Assembly: GCA_964016885.1 (NCBI GenBank)
Contig: OZ024745.1
Location: 69,936,001 to 70,000,000, forward strand
Source: Eledone cirrhosa
Lineage: Eukaryota
Reading direction: 5' to 3'
DNA: 64,000 nucleotides
A program made the position numbers and the translations under genes. Positions 26,429-41,115 of the stretch are shown piece by piece (the first letter of the stretch is position 1; each line of letters starts with the position of its first letter). A model generated the notes under the pieces. The model had not been told where the DNA came from and did no database searches. It saw nothing but the letters and a program-made list of their open reading frames with translations.

Positions 26429-27452
26429 AGATATATAGATAGATAGAGAGATAGATAGTTAGATAAATAGATAGAGAGATAGAGAAATAGATAGATATAA
26501 TGTATTTATATCTGTTTTTAAATTTACTGATATTGAGGTAAAAATGGGCGACATTTATAATCCGTTAATATAGATCGATAAATTAAGTACTATATTGTAA
26601 TAAGTAATAACTTCACCATGATTGAGAAAATTCACTTTAGGCCACTAACAGCATTTTCCGTTTCCAGAAGAGATATAGGTTTATTCATCTGTTTCTGTTC
26701 CCATATAAATATCTGTGTATATATGCATGTATGTAAAATTCAAGTCTATTTTTATTTTTTTCTGTTTGACATATTATAGACATATGGACGAACTTATGTA
26801 TATATGTCTTCACCAGCGGGAAAAATACCGGCCTTTTCCTATAAAGAACATAACACAATTTAGAATAACGGTATTATATCAGCTATGAAATGAAGCAACG
26901 AAGAACAATTTGATTTTCTATTTCCATACCTTATTCTACATTTACGCTTTAATCTGTCTATTCTATTTATACCAATATTTCCACATTATGTTTCTACTAA
27001 AACATCGCAAAGTCATATTATTTAAAATTCTCATATATCTCATAATTCGATAAATAAAAGATTCGTAATTTGATTAATCAACGTTTCTATTTTCCAATGC
27101 CTGGTATCTTCCAACACTTGAAGAATATATCAGAAAATATAAATAACTCTAAATTTCCTTAAAATCTTTTGAAAATATTCTGTTAAATATTCTAAATTTT
27201 CAATTTTATATGTAATCTCTAAAAGAGCTCTCTAATGAATATCAAATTTCTCGCCTATGGTATATTTCAATTTCAATTAACCTCATGCATAGTCTACAAA
27301 TATAAGTAGTTATAATAAATTAAGTGAATTAAAATAATATATTGTACATGATTAGATATGACTATAAATAAAGGGTTAATGACAAAAATACATTTTATAA
27401 ATTAAAAAAAAATTGACATGCTGTATTCAATCAGAAAATTAAAACACATTAA

Positions 27453-27550
27453 AGGACTTACGTCCGAAACGTAAACACAATTCTTCTACTATATCAAGCA
27501 TAAAAACTAATGCATTTCTTCATTGTACTGTGGTGTTTGCTTCGTTTTTT
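27453..27550 (+). repeat. Penelope pLTR remnant with half hammerhead
   Basis: ggac ttac gtcc GAAA cgta then ctactatatcaagc, similar to 39262-39320; CUGANGA missing. Confidence 0.55.
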
Positions 27551-27566
27551 CGATTTCTTTTTTGCA

Positions 27567-27755
<189 letters not shown>

Positions 27756-29118
27756 GGGTGCGGTGATGAATTTGTTGGAAACTACAAAATTAATGTTTAC
27801 ACTGAGACAAATGAGCGTTATTATTAGGGAAATGTGTTATGATATTCACTGATGACACTCACAGCCGACATCATTCAGCGAAGAGCAGAAACTAAGATCA
27901 TTTCTTTATTAAAACTAAATGCGCATTGAGTAGCTGTTTGGCGTCGAAATGCCGATTTGATAGTCAGCAAGCAAGGATGTTAATTGGAAGTACATTAACA
28001 TGTATTAGATACAACCTCGTATTTCACAACATTAATTAGCAGCGAAGCCGATTAGTACTTTCAGTATCGGAGTTTGGATTAATAGAACGCTACAATTGTG
28101 TTTTCGTTCATAGATTTTGATACCACTCTGCCAATTACATATGTAAACAAAAAATAAAATAAAGAATATGCACCAGTTATGAATGCACATCAACAATCAA
28201 TCCACGTGAATGTGTATTAAGATTAAATAGCAATTTAATAAATTGTAACACTTTCAAAATCATATCCCACACCCCAATAAATGTTACATCTCACGATTTA
28301 ATCGTTCGAGTAGAAGTTATGTGCTAAAAGTGTGTCATGTATTTTATTAGAGGCATAACATTGTTATCACACAACACTTTTAGATTAAAAGGTTACTTTA
28401 CCAAAAAACAAACATCGAAAACAAAACGTATTTTCCATATAATGTGGCATTGTTTCATACTGATATGCTTTTTACTGACATTGGATAATTTGTTAGGTGT
28501 ACTACTCTCATAGATAAACTATGAAACTATTTTGTTGTTTATCTCACTAGAGTTTTACTCGTCACATTAGAGGATCATCAAATACGTAACAGCTGGAAAA
28601 GTGTGAACTGGACCAGCATTCATTTGCTGGTACTTTATCGAAATCAACCGCCTGAACATTAAATACAAACAAGATATATGATGCTACACTAGAGTGCAGT
28701 TAAACTATTTTATTTTCATCATTAATAAAAGTAAAATTGCCATAGTTTATTGCTGTTTTATTAACCATGTACTCATATACTATATATGACACATGCATAT
28801 ATAGCTATTTGATCACAGGCGTTTTCACAACCTTGTGGTTTAGGGTAGTCTTCGCTGGATATCAACATCTACAATAGCTTCGGGTTTACCAATGAGTTTT
28901 GATTAAGATAGAGTTGAGGACTGGCTAAACAACTCTATACATACGCATACAAACATACCCCACACGCACATATTTGCTTATACATATATAAATATGTGCG
29001 TGTGTGTATATTCGATGTAAAGATATAAAGATAGAGAAGGGGAGATAGAGTGCATGTGTATGTGTGCATGTTACAAAACTGGAGAGAAGAACAGTACATT
29101 ATACTTTACGATATAAAG

Positions 29119-29229
<111 letters not shown>

Positions 29230-31367
29230 TGGGGTGTATGTATCTGTGGTTTATGTGTGTTTGTGTTGATATACATGCCTCCTTATATATTGGATAACGT
29301 TAAAACAAAGAAAGTCTTTCAAAGTTATAACTATTACTGTTATATGTGACTAACTCATATTTCAATTTAGCTATTATGCAGAAAAACAGTTAACACCTAT
29401 ACATCTTAAAAACTCCTTTGCTTTGTATTATAAAGTGCTGTTAAATAATTTATGTTCAGTAGTAACTGATATTATTGATGGAACGTTCGCCTTGGTGAAT
29501 GATAATATTTTTCTTTGTTTATACAGTTTAGGATATTTTCTTTGATCTTAGAAACTGAAGTCCCATTTTGAACGTAAATTCTTGTAAAATGATTATATTC
29601 TTCTTGAAACATTTCAGCTTGCCGTTAAAGACATCAAAAGTGAAAGTAAACATAATAAAATGGGATGTAGTCCCTAACCAGTATAGCTAAAACTATTAAA
29701 ACATTGATAGTTATGTAGTCAAACATAGTTATTAGTTACCTCCTGACATGCAAGCTTAGAAGGAAAGACATGATTGTTACCAATCAAATAGAGCAGCAGC
29801 TACAGAAATATCCTAGTGAAAACACGAAGTCATGTTGTCAAGCTATTAGCATTAGTTTTAAATATTATATGGTTTATAGCAAAACCATTGAACAACATAA
29901 TTGGGGATATTAAGATTTGAAGTAAACATGAATATACTGTAAGTTGTATATTCACCCTGCTTGGAAATTATTAATTTTAAAACAGAAAATCAAATAGCCG
30001 GTTAGCAAATGCCTTGCGTTTGATATACGAATTTCAATCTGTAAAGATTTAATAAGTAGCATGCATTTATGAGAAATAATCTTTAATGTAAAAAATATAT
30101 AAAACCTCAACGAAAGATGAATTAAGCAAATATTATTATGGATTCTCGGTCGCGTTCGACAGTGGGTTTTCATTTGTTCTATCAATTGGGCGTCCAACAT
30201 ATATTAATGGATAAGCGATTGATTATTCTACGGGCACGTAAACTGTTAACGTAATCTCTAAGTGGAAGCAGCATAACACAATGTGTGATAAGTTTAGACC
30301 ATTGATTTAAAGTTACTATTATTTTGACGGACTTCCATATAGTTTCCGTCTACCTAATTTCACTAGCCATTTTCTACGGATATCTTTTGCAGTCTTGTCC
30401 CCGGGCGCAGCCAAATCCTTGCTCCTTCTTATGTGTCGAGCGTATCACTCTCTCCTATTCCCCTCTCTTTCTTCCGTTGCCTAATAGTCCTTGCTCCCCC
30501 CCCCCCTATATTCTAATTACGGTATCTATATTCAATTCCTCTACTTTCCTAAACAACCACAGTTTCCCTCCTTCACCCTTTCCCTACCTCTTTCAGTCAC
30601 ACTCGTACGGACACATCAAACCAGGGTATTTTCTCCGCCGATAGATTTGCGTCATTTTGCTCTTATAATTTCAGGATCCATACAAATTTGTTATATTTTA
30701 GATGGTGACAGAATAATCAATATTTCTTGTTACTGAACACTCCTCCTCAAAACTGACAGAACTATATCCAGGACCATAATTTTTATGTGCACGTTTTAAA
30801 TGGTTCTGGTCTGAGATGTTGGATATTATGCCTGAGTTAGAAACAATTATTTAGTCCGAGAAAAGACGTAAGGTTATCATAGTAATTCTCGAGCCTTCCA
30901 TTTCACATTTGATGATAAAATTTGATATTTAACTGTGAGAGTTTAAAATATTTTAAATACAGACGTTTCTGATTAATAGACGATACCTTTACTATGATAC
31001 TAATTCGCTACAATATGATATCTAATTTACTAAAATATTTATTAAACATATCTAATGGACAATTGTTACACGCCTCACACAGACATGCATATATGTGTGA
31101 ATGTGTGTGCATCACTGTCTCTAGCAAATTTTTCTTAGATGTGTCTAACAAATATGTTAGATCTCATATAGTAGGAATTTATATCATAGTACCGCTATCG
31201 TTTGTTAATCAATGACAGCTTTTTAATGTTTGTATTATATTAAATATATTTGCCACTCAAAGTTGTATATATGAAACATGTGAAGAAGTCAGCTCTTATA
31301 TTATATCTTATTTGTATCAGAGCACCACCACAAAAAATTATTTCTTCTCGCAATTTATATCCATCCC

Positions 31368-31401
<34 letters not shown>

Positions 31402-31405
31402 CTCA

Positions 31406-31436
<31 letters not shown>

Positions 31437-32049
31437 TCTCTCTCTTTGTATATATATTTATATAATATAGTTCAGTATTTATTAAGCACTTTTAGAATGT
31501 CCATGAAGTTTATTGATTCCGATACAACATACATATTATAGACAATTATGTTCAATTATTAAATTTTTCTTGTGTATTTTGCACTTTGTTTCTATATCGC
31601 ATTATTACGAGGTTTCGTTATTTTTTCTAACAATCTATCTTGTATTAAATATCAAAAATAATTAATCAAGAAACATTTAATTTCAATTTATTACCGGATA
31701 TGATTTCAATTTCAATTCATCCAGAAATATTATTTATTTATTAATGTTAAAGGTAGAAGTGAGCAAGAACAAAAGTACACTTACGAATATAATTAGTTTA
31801 CATGAATCGTTGCGAGATATGTGTTAAAACCTGTTTTAAGGAATCCTGAATATTGCATTTGAGAAATGCAGGAATGAAAATGAGAATAGAGTGGAAAAAA
31901 AATAGTTTAGGTTTTTTTTCTATTTCATGATATTTCTGTGTTAAAACGTGTTCGGCACAAATGTGATATTTTTTCGAACCCTATCAGGCTATCCTCTCAA
32001 CCAATTCGCTTCTGTGAGTACCACCTGGCAATTTACGAGCCATAACAAC

Positions 32050-32250
32050 AGACACACAAATGTAAACACATACCCATAAATGTGTGCACACACACATATG
32101 GCTTCCACAGTTTTCCATCCACTAACATTTTACTCACAAGGTATTGGTCAACTTGATAATATAAAACAAGAATCTGTTAAAGTTTTTAGCAGTGTGACCG
32201 AATCTGAAACCATGTTGGTGCAAAGTAAACTGATTAACCACATAGCCATA
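32050..32250 (-). mobile_element. Old SINE of a second family
   Basis: Minus strand ggctatgtggttaa..catggtttcagattc..gaccaataccttgtgagt..ggaaaactgtggaagcc; weaker remnants at ~30325-30400 (-) and ~4035-4170 (+). Confidence 0.6.
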
Positions 32251-33368
32251 TCTGGGGGTATCTAAGTCGTATTTTGTCATTAAATGAGTGTGAAATGACG
32301 GCATATAGAGATAGGAATATAAGCATGTTGACGAGCTAATGTAAAAGAAGTACATTTATCACAGTTTCACGATGATTAACCGAATTCTCGTCATCAAATC
32401 TTACTAGAAATAAACAGATTTACAGATAACTGTAACAAATAAACATATTAACATATCTTATATATACATAAAATAACTGCCATTCATTTAAGAAAACAAA
32501 CATATAAATATATCTGTATAGTGTCTGTTAGTGTGTATGAACGTATACGTTTCTAACTTATAAATATATTCAATATACTCTTACTTTTTCATAAACTGCT
32601 ACCACTGGCACTTTCCAATAGAGATCTAAACTTTTAATTTGTAGTTATTGACATGTGAACGTGCTATAACCTTTACGCTTTTGCAGTGTTATCATATTCC
32701 CCTATGTTCTAGAAACTTCTATTATATCAATGAAAATAACTTCGGTTGTTGTTTTGTCAATCGATTAGTGTGCTTTGAACTATGAATCACAATATACTTT
32801 AATATTGTTATACCAAATGTTTACTTAAAATAATAATATCGAACATGTTATCGATGTAAAGCACAATAAAAGCAACCGTATTTTGTAAAGATCATGAATG
32901 CTGCATGAAATTTGTTTCGAAACTTTACTAGTCCTTTCCAGGATTATATATTAAATTTTTAAACGCAGTGATATATCATTATACGTTTTACGTTTTATCT
33001 TCAACTTAATATCATAAAATAATGCACCGTATATTGTTTTTCATGAAATAATACGAAAGACATCAAGAGATTCAAGTTGTTCTAGATACACTGCTGTGAA
33101 AATAAAAACAAAATGTTATTGTTTATCATTTGTATTGCTCTTTATTTTTCATGGTGAATTTCAATATCGATTTAGATACTTTGTTTTGCAAAATTTCAAT
33201 CCGTTTATAACATATACTTGTCCGTGCACAACATTGTAGGACTCACTAGTATATTTATTATATTCATATCTTATGATTTGTCTACAAGTAACCAAAGGAA
33301 ATCGCTTGGATTGCTAGGAATATAACAAACGTTTATCTCCCCTAAATAAAGGTCATGTTTACTTCATA

Positions 33369-33497
33369 TAATTGTTTCTACTTTTGGCACAAGGCCATCA
33401 ATTATCCCAGTGTAATACTGGTGCTTTATTTTATCGACCCCGTAAGGACGAAAGGCAAAGTTAACCTCGGCGGGATTTGAACTCAGACTATAAAGGG
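33369..33497 (-). mobile_element. Meta-domain SINE, 5'-truncated
   Basis: Reverse complement of consensus. Confidence 0.88.
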
Positions 33498-33562
33498 CTG
33501 CAGCTCTTTGCTGTAACCGCCTTGTAACCGCCTTGTACATATAATGAGGTTCCTTTCGATGT

Positions 33563-33731
33563 AATAATTGTTTCTACTTTTGGCACAAGGCCAGCAATTA
33601 CTGGTACTTTATTTTATCGACCCCGAAAGGATGAAAGGCAAAGTTAACCACGGCGGGATTTGAACTCAGTCCGTAAAGGGGCGTAACTATGCTGGAAAGC
33701 ATGGTTTCCGACTCTCTACCGATACTGCCAA
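33563..33731 (-). mobile_element. Meta-domain SINE
   Basis: Reverse complement of consensus including head. Confidence 0.9.
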
Positions 33732-34369
33732 TAACAGTGGGATTTATTTGTTGCGCTAGATTTCTAATCATGACACGCGGACATTCAAGCATACAGTGTA
33801 TTATCCATTGCAAACTGGATACATCTTAACCTACCAAATAGCTCTCATATAACATCTTACAATCTAAAACATAAAAAAGAATACATTTGATAATTGAGTC
33901 AATTTTATCTGAAAAAAAAAAACAAAATGATATCGAATAAAATGACTTCAATCTTTATTAAGGTCACTCACGTATAATCCAAAGTAAAACAAAAAGATTA
34001 ACTACTAAAGGTCAATGACCACATTTTAAATGTTTTAGTTAATGAAACAATATATGTTTAGCTTCATTCTACATAATATCTGTTTGTTCAATGGAGCCAG
34101 ACAGTCGGTGAATGTACGAAACTGTATAACCTTTGTTCACATGTTCAATGCCGATATACTTACACATTATTACATTATTGTAAAATTATAAACTTCCAAT
34201 ATGCTAACGATCGGAAATTGTGTGTGGTTGTCATCACGAAAAATTCTATGTTCAATTGTAGCTTCATCCAGGAGTTATGAGACCTTCGTTTGCATTTGCA
34301 TTTTTAAGAAATATATTTTTATGTTTCTCCCTAAAAGAATTTTATTCGTTTTTGTTTTGCTTTGTTTCT

Positions 34370-34414
<45 letters not shown>

Positions 34415-35869
34415 TATATATATTCCACTAGCACATGCATTTACTCATCATTGACATCGGATAGACGTTCAGAATTATGTCCATCTTTCATAAACAGCCA
34501 CGAATAAATGATTTGGATAGATCATGCTGCTTCCTCTTTGTCGGTGTAACAGGAAACCAGAATAGCAGATAGTGCATACGAACGTCACTTTTTATGTATG
34601 TGAGCATGCGTAAGATTCAACATTTTCAGAAACCTCTACCAAAATAACTTCTGTTGAAAAACGGCAGTAACTTTCTCTCCAAACCAATATATATATATAT
34701 ACAAGAAGCATGTGATAGAGATACTTTGAAATATCTACACGTGAGTCAATATTTTGTGTTACCACTTATTTCGTTCAACTTGAGTAGCAACCATTCTGCC
34801 AATGTGAATACATTTACTACCAATAATATGCGGAAATCAACTCAATCGACGATATCTTTGAAAATGCGTTTCAGAGAAATTAATAACATTGATATTTTAT
34901 TGATTTCTATCATCTCTTGTTTTGATGAATATATTGGTTTTCAAATCTGAATAACCTACAAAATGTTTGCCAAATGGATTTTCTGTATCGCTGCATAATT
35001 ATTATCACATGTCATATGAATACTAAGGCAATTTCGTAAACAAGTCCCACTTTATGGCGAAAGCCTAAAATTTATTCTAAGATAGTAGATACTACTAGTT
35101 ATATTTGAGTGATCTAATTGATGTTCCTTGAAAGGATTTTCATCTAATTTGATTATTGATTTGCTGTGAATATATCAATGCTTGTACAAGTGCAACACTG
35201 CATACTTGTGATTAGCTGTTATATCAATATATCTCGATATTTATCCACATCAACTAAGATTATGCGGATAATCAATGGAACAGCTAATCATTTGATTTTT
35301 TTTTTAGTGGAAATCATTTAGAGAAAGTTAAAACTATACATCAATATTCCAAGTAGTCTGTTCATATTTTGAAAGGGTGCTGCAGATTACATAAATGTAT
35401 CCAAAGTTTATTTATATTTTCTGTACTCATCGATAACCTTGTTATATATATATATTCATACATTCTAGATACTTTTATATTATGCTTATCTTCACTACTA
35501 ATAATTCTTATTAATATTGAAATCGACTTTCAACATGTGAAACTATTTCCATCTTGATCTTTTATGAAGCTGTCTGAAAAGAATACGCGTAGATCTTAGT
35601 AAACATGAATATTTCTGTTGTCTGTAATATTGCTTTACTGAATCTACATGATATACAAAATTAATATGTAGGGTATTGATGTAGTATTTGCTGATGTAAA
35701 ATATATTGATGTAAAATTCAAAGAATGTCCATTCAGTACTTAATCACAAGGGAGTCGACAATATATGTTGAACGGGTGTAATAGTGGTGAACAAGTGGAA
35801 CACTCATCATCGTCACCGACGGCAATCCAACACAGCCATAGTCACACACCAACGCACACACGTATATAT

Positions 35870-36310
35870 ACAGGAGAGTTAAGGCAAAAAAGATATCGGA
35901 TGCTGAATTTGTCGACGACATAGTTTTGGTGACAAACACAGTGAAGGAGGCAGAGGATTTGATACAAAAGGTGGAGACTGTGTCGATGAGTGTGGGACTG
36001 AGAATGAATGAGATTAAGACAAAATATCTGGTAGAGAATATTAAGAAGCCAGAGAAGATTACTAATGTAGGCGGGAAGCCGCTAGAATTGGTTGAGGACT
36101 TCTTGTATTTGGGAGCAAAGATTGGGAATACAAAAGATGATGTGGTCGAGGGGAAGAGCAAAGCATGAGCGGCGTGCCACAGTTTCAGATCGGTGTGGAA
36201 TTCGGACCTTCGTAAAGACCTGAAGATGCGCCTCTTGGTTGCTGTAGTGGAGTCTGTGCTTCTGTACGGGTCTGAGACTTGGACACTGACCAAGAAACTC
36301 ACTCAGATAG
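35870..36310 (+). pseudogene. RTE-clade LINE reverse transcriptase fragment
   Basis: EFVDDIVL..VGLRMNEIKTKYL..VEDFLYLG, then past a TGA: VWNSDLRKDLKMRLLVAVVESVLLYGSETWTL. Confidence 0.85.
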
Positions 36311-37669
36311 TCATATATATATATATATATATATATTCATTAGTTAAGTAAAACAAGACCACAAAATTCACAAGAAGACGTTAGTTAGAGAGTGTCAACA
36401 TAGCTGCAGTTTAATGTAAGGAATAAGTAGTGCATTTATAGTTTAATGTAAAGTTTTGGCTTCTAACACCCTCACCAATCTCTCTTCTCCTTTCCTATCT
36501 CCATCTCTCTACCCTAAGTATTGAGTACTTTGGTGCGTTATGGTCCACCTGGTTCCTTACCAAATTAGAACCTAATTTTACATACAGTATCATTATACCC
36601 AGTCTCGTGATTTGATATGCATTTATTTTTTGTGTGCGTGCGTGTGTTCTAGCTTTTGTCTGGCAACGTAGGTGTTTGGCAAGGAGAGATCTATAAAAAG
36701 CAGTAGATTGAAATAAGCACTCGGATATATATGATAGATGTAAAAACCTACAGACATTTTCCGTATTTGACTATATTACAATCCAATGACTGAAACCAAA
36801 TCAGTAAAAGTTCTAATTCGTTAAGATTGTTATTGTTTAATTGTTTACTGAAGGTCTATGAATAATACTAAACTATCATTGCATCTCATCGTTCTTCAAC
36901 ATGAACAACACGCTATTAAGAAAGCTCTCGCAGTCGCACGAAATGTTAGACTCCCGTAGCCTCAGGAACTTTTAAGCGGAATGCACATCTTAAATCTAGG
37001 TACTACACCATATAAGGGACTGCCCCTCTTCTTCACATCCAGAAAATATTCATCCCACATGAAACTCTGAACGTCTACACCTTTGGATGGTGCTGTTATA
37101 TCGTAAACTACATGCAAAAGAAAGCCACCCATCTGACAGGATTGCTCACTGCCATTCGCTGTAGTTACTCGCCCACATATCTGCCTCAACTACAAGGGTA
37201 GCTTCTCCTCGGAGGTGGCTGACTAGTGACCTTATCACCTTAGCGTACCCCCTCAATCGTCTTAACTCCTTCCATTACCACTTATTGTGTCCAACCCATC
37301 TAAATACTAAACTAACAATTGCACCCAATTTGCACCCTCACGAATTTCGCATCAGTCGGATTCCTTCTCGCACATGTTTCTCATACACGTTTCGACCTGC
37401 AATATTCTAAACAAACATTAACAGATTTAATCTTTTCGGTCTCATAATTGTCAATAAACATGAGCAATACCCCACCAACAATTACCATTTCCGCACCACA
37501 ACATCATCATTGACAGCACCTACCTCGTCGGTCTCAGAACACCTGAAAAAAATATAGCTATACCCCACAAGACCTAGCTAAGTAATGATACGTGAAAGTA
37601 TACCATATATAAACCATTTAATACATATACTATGTAATTATATATACACATACATATATCTGTATCCAC

Positions 37670-39390
37670 GATACAAATCATGCCCTTAGACTTTTCAACT
37701 CTTTCTCCTTCCCTCCTGGTCCCTCCGGCTTTCTCTTTACCCTGGACATCACTTCTCTCTATACCGTCATCCCTCCGCGCTCTCCAGCATTTTTTAGATT
37801 TACGCCCTACCCCTGACCCCAGCACTACCAATCTTCTCCGTCTGGCGGAGCTTGTTCTCACCCTTAATGGATTTTCTTTTTCGGGTAAATTTTACCAGCA
37901 GGTCTCTGGGGTAGCGATGGGAACTAGAATGGGTCCAAACTATGCCAACTTGTTTGTTGGCTACGTCGAAGCCCAGATCTTCTCCCAGTACGCTGGACCG
38001 ACTCCTGAGCTGTACGGTCGTTATATCGATGACTGTATCGGCACCGCCTCTCTATCACGAGAACAGCTTGACTGTTTTCTTTCTTTTGTCCAATCTTTCC
38101 ATCCTGCTCTCAATTTCACCGCCTCCGTCTCCCATTCTTCTGTCATTTTTCTAGATATCTCTCTATCTATTTGTGGCAAATAAAGAAATCTATCTATTAA
38201 TCACTCTCACCACACCCTCTATACTTCCATCTACATTTAACCAACAGACTCCCAATCTTATCTCGACTGCACCTCCTCCCATCCAACCGACAGCAAACAC
38301 TCCATAGCCTATTCCCAATTCCTCCGTCTTCGTCAACTCTGTAGCCAGGACGACGATTTCGAAACCCATTCCCTTCGCATGGTTTCCTACTTCATCCAGC
38401 GTGGATATCCCTCCACCTTGATCCAAGCAGCTCTCACCTGCGCCCGTGAAACAGACCGCACCACAGCCCTCTCATCTCACCCCCGCCCTCCCAACACCCG
38501 TGTTCCATTCCCTCTCACCTACCACCCCATCACCCTATCACTCCGGCGACAAATCCTCCGTTCTTTCCGTATCCGCCATTCCTTCACCTGCACATCCACC
38601 CACGTTGTCTGTGCCCTCGGTGTTCCCTTTGCGGTTCTTTATATATCGGACAAACTGGACGTTTGAGGGGCATGCGACTCGGTTTGTATACTCCTATCGC
38701 CCGGCATTTCTGTTCTATTGGCCATTCTTCCCTACATGTTACATCATGGATCACAGGCCTCACGCACCAGGAATGGACAAAGTCTGCTTCCCCGTCTTGG
38801 CTCCTATTCCCCTCTTGGACTCAACTCACCTCCCCAATTTCTCTAATACCCCGTCCATTACCACACCCCTAGATTCCTATCGCTTTCTATTTGCTTATAG
38901 CTTAGTACTTACATGCACACACACTCTTTTACTCACTTATAAATACACATTTTTTCTTAACGTCGTACGGACCTGTAATAACACACACACACACACACAC
39001 AGCCACACACACACAAACTCATGCATACGCACATGCTCAAGTATAGCTCTTTTTATCAAACGTTTTTTTCATTTTCAGCTAGACGCGCGCCATCATCCAC
39101 TTTTCTAAAAAAAAACAATCATACACAAAACGCCAGCACCAACAGTTTTGCAAGAGATGTCAAAATGAATGGACCTATTATTTTTATCTAAAGACATTTT
39201 TTCCAATTCCATCCCGCCCGTCACCTTAATCTAATTTATTTATCATTCTTTCTTCTGATGAAGGACTAGCGTCCAAAACGTTAGTACCCTCTTCCTACTA
39301 TCGTACTATATCAAGCGTTAACCAGATATATTCCTTCCATATACTGTACCGATTGTGTTGTTATTTCTGTTTACCTTTTACATACATATT
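37670..39390 (+). mobile_element. Decayed Penelope-like element (Neptune-like): RT, thumb, GIY-YIG remnant, 3' pLTR
   Basis: LAELVLTLNGFSF..YQQVSGVAMGTRMGPNYANLF..RYIDD; SSHP..SIAYSQFLRLRQLCS; RGYP; FTCTS..YIGQTGR across stops and frameshifts; degenerate hammerhead at 39255. Confidence 0.88.
39251..39286 (+). ncRNA. Degenerate minimal hammerhead in Penelope pLTR
   Basis: CTGATGA aggac tagc gtcc AAAA cgtt; G of GAAA is mutated and stem I is poor. Confidence 0.55.
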
Positions 39391-39423
39391 TATATATATA
39401 ATATATATATATATATAATATAT

Positions 39424-39510
<87 letters not shown>

Positions 39511-39512
<2 letters not shown>

Positions 39513-40481
39513 CGTTTCTGAATTTGTTTAGCAAGATTCTTTATCTGAAAACGTGTGTTGAAACCGATATTGTTATACTTTGGGAGGGTCATGTTGCCAA
39601 TAAGAAACACACGCATTTAGAAGGGCCCTAGATAAACACAAACTCAATATTAAGATAGTAGAAAGACCAGGTACCTCCGTAAAAACACTTATTAGCAAGA
39701 CATACCCTTTTCAAAGACCCCCCTGTATAGATAATAAATGTATAACCTGTAAATTAAGCCCCCATATTAACTGTAAAACTAGAAATGTAGTATATAGCAT
39801 AAAATGTACTGAAGGACAATGTAGAAACAAAAATATAGTGTACATAGGTGAGACAGCTCGTAGTGTAGGGGAACGGATAAATAATCACAGGCGAGACCTT
39901 CAAGATAGTAAAGAATCATCTGTACTCTACCAACATGCTAAAATAGAACATAAGAGTAAATTAGAGAACATGGAAATAAAAATAGAATCTACACACAGAA
40001 AAGACGCAATGTTTAGACAAATCACAGAGGCAATAAACATAAAAGAATTACAACCAAAATTAAATAGAAAACATGAGTGGAACAGCAACATCACAACTTA
40101 CAATTAAGGACAAAATGAAAACACACACGCACATAGAACAAACAACCAACCTGTAACATGTAAATAAACATATAAATAAACGAACACACAGACACCCGGA
40201 TGTGGCGCATGCGCAGTCTGAGCACACAACACACACACAGAAACAAAATGGCGTAGGACAGAACAAAGGAGAGGCACAAGAACAAAGAAAAGAATATCCA
40301 GTCACTGAAGAGGTCACAGAATGTGTGACGAAATAACTTTGACAATATATAAACAACCATCTGGTTGTGGAACCAACCGGAAATTTATAAATTCCTAAAT
40401 TTATAAATTTATTATAATAAATTGAAGTGAAAGCAACTGGTGCGTGTGTTTCTTATTGACAACATGACCCTCCCAAAGTAT

Positions 40482-40490
<9 letters not shown>
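39511..40490 (+). mobile_element. 5'-truncated Penelope-like element: inverted pLTR piece + GIY-YIG endonuclease + pLTR, inside (TA)n
   Basis: CITCK..NCKTRNVVYSIKC..VYIGETARSVGERINNH..RQITEAINI..LNRKHEW; inverted repeat 39567-39615 / 40441-40489; TA arrays on both sides. Confidence 0.88.
40301..40343 (+). ncRNA. Type I minimal hammerhead (stem III decayed)
   Basis: gtca CTGAAGA g gtcac agaatgt gtgac GAAA taac TT tgac; stem I gtca/tgac. Confidence 0.7.
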
Positions 40491-40545
<55 letters not shown>

Positions 40546-40714
40546 GGGGGGGGTTTAATTTATATATATTATGTTTTTGCGTCTGCATGTACAACTATAG
40601 TATCCTTGGGCGCTGTCATGGTTTGACCGCTGTCTAAGCGTTGGCAGCCTAGCTTGCACTATATGAAAATGACCATCTCCACCAGGGTTTCATTACGCAA
40701 AGATATATTTAGAC

Positions 40715-41057
40715 CAGTTCTCAAACCATTTGCACCACCCACCTCACGGCAAATTAATGTCCTCAACGCCCCCAACTTTATTTCCAGAGATTGTAAATAA
40801 TAAATGAAATCGTTAATTTGTATATAATAAATAATATAATATATACAATGTATAAATAAATATTAGATATTTCTTATTTTTCTGTATTTCTATATAACAT
40901 GTATCCTTTGATATTTTAGTATACTATTATTACACACACACACACTCACACACACACACACATATATATAATAATAATAATAACAAATTTGAAGACTAAA
41001 ATCCAAAGAGGGCTCGATAAGGATAAATATATATCAAATATATAAGAACCGTAATAA

Positions 41058-41115
<58 letters not shown>

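Larger units (their letters stand above)
21828..26430 (-). mobile_element. Tx1-clade (L1 group) non-LTR retrotransposon, 5'-truncated, inserted in (GATA)n
   Basis: ORF1 remnant with zinc knuckle, ORF2 APE-RT, 3' UTR ending aataaaagaaac; (TAGA)n arrays on both flanks. Confidence 0.93.
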
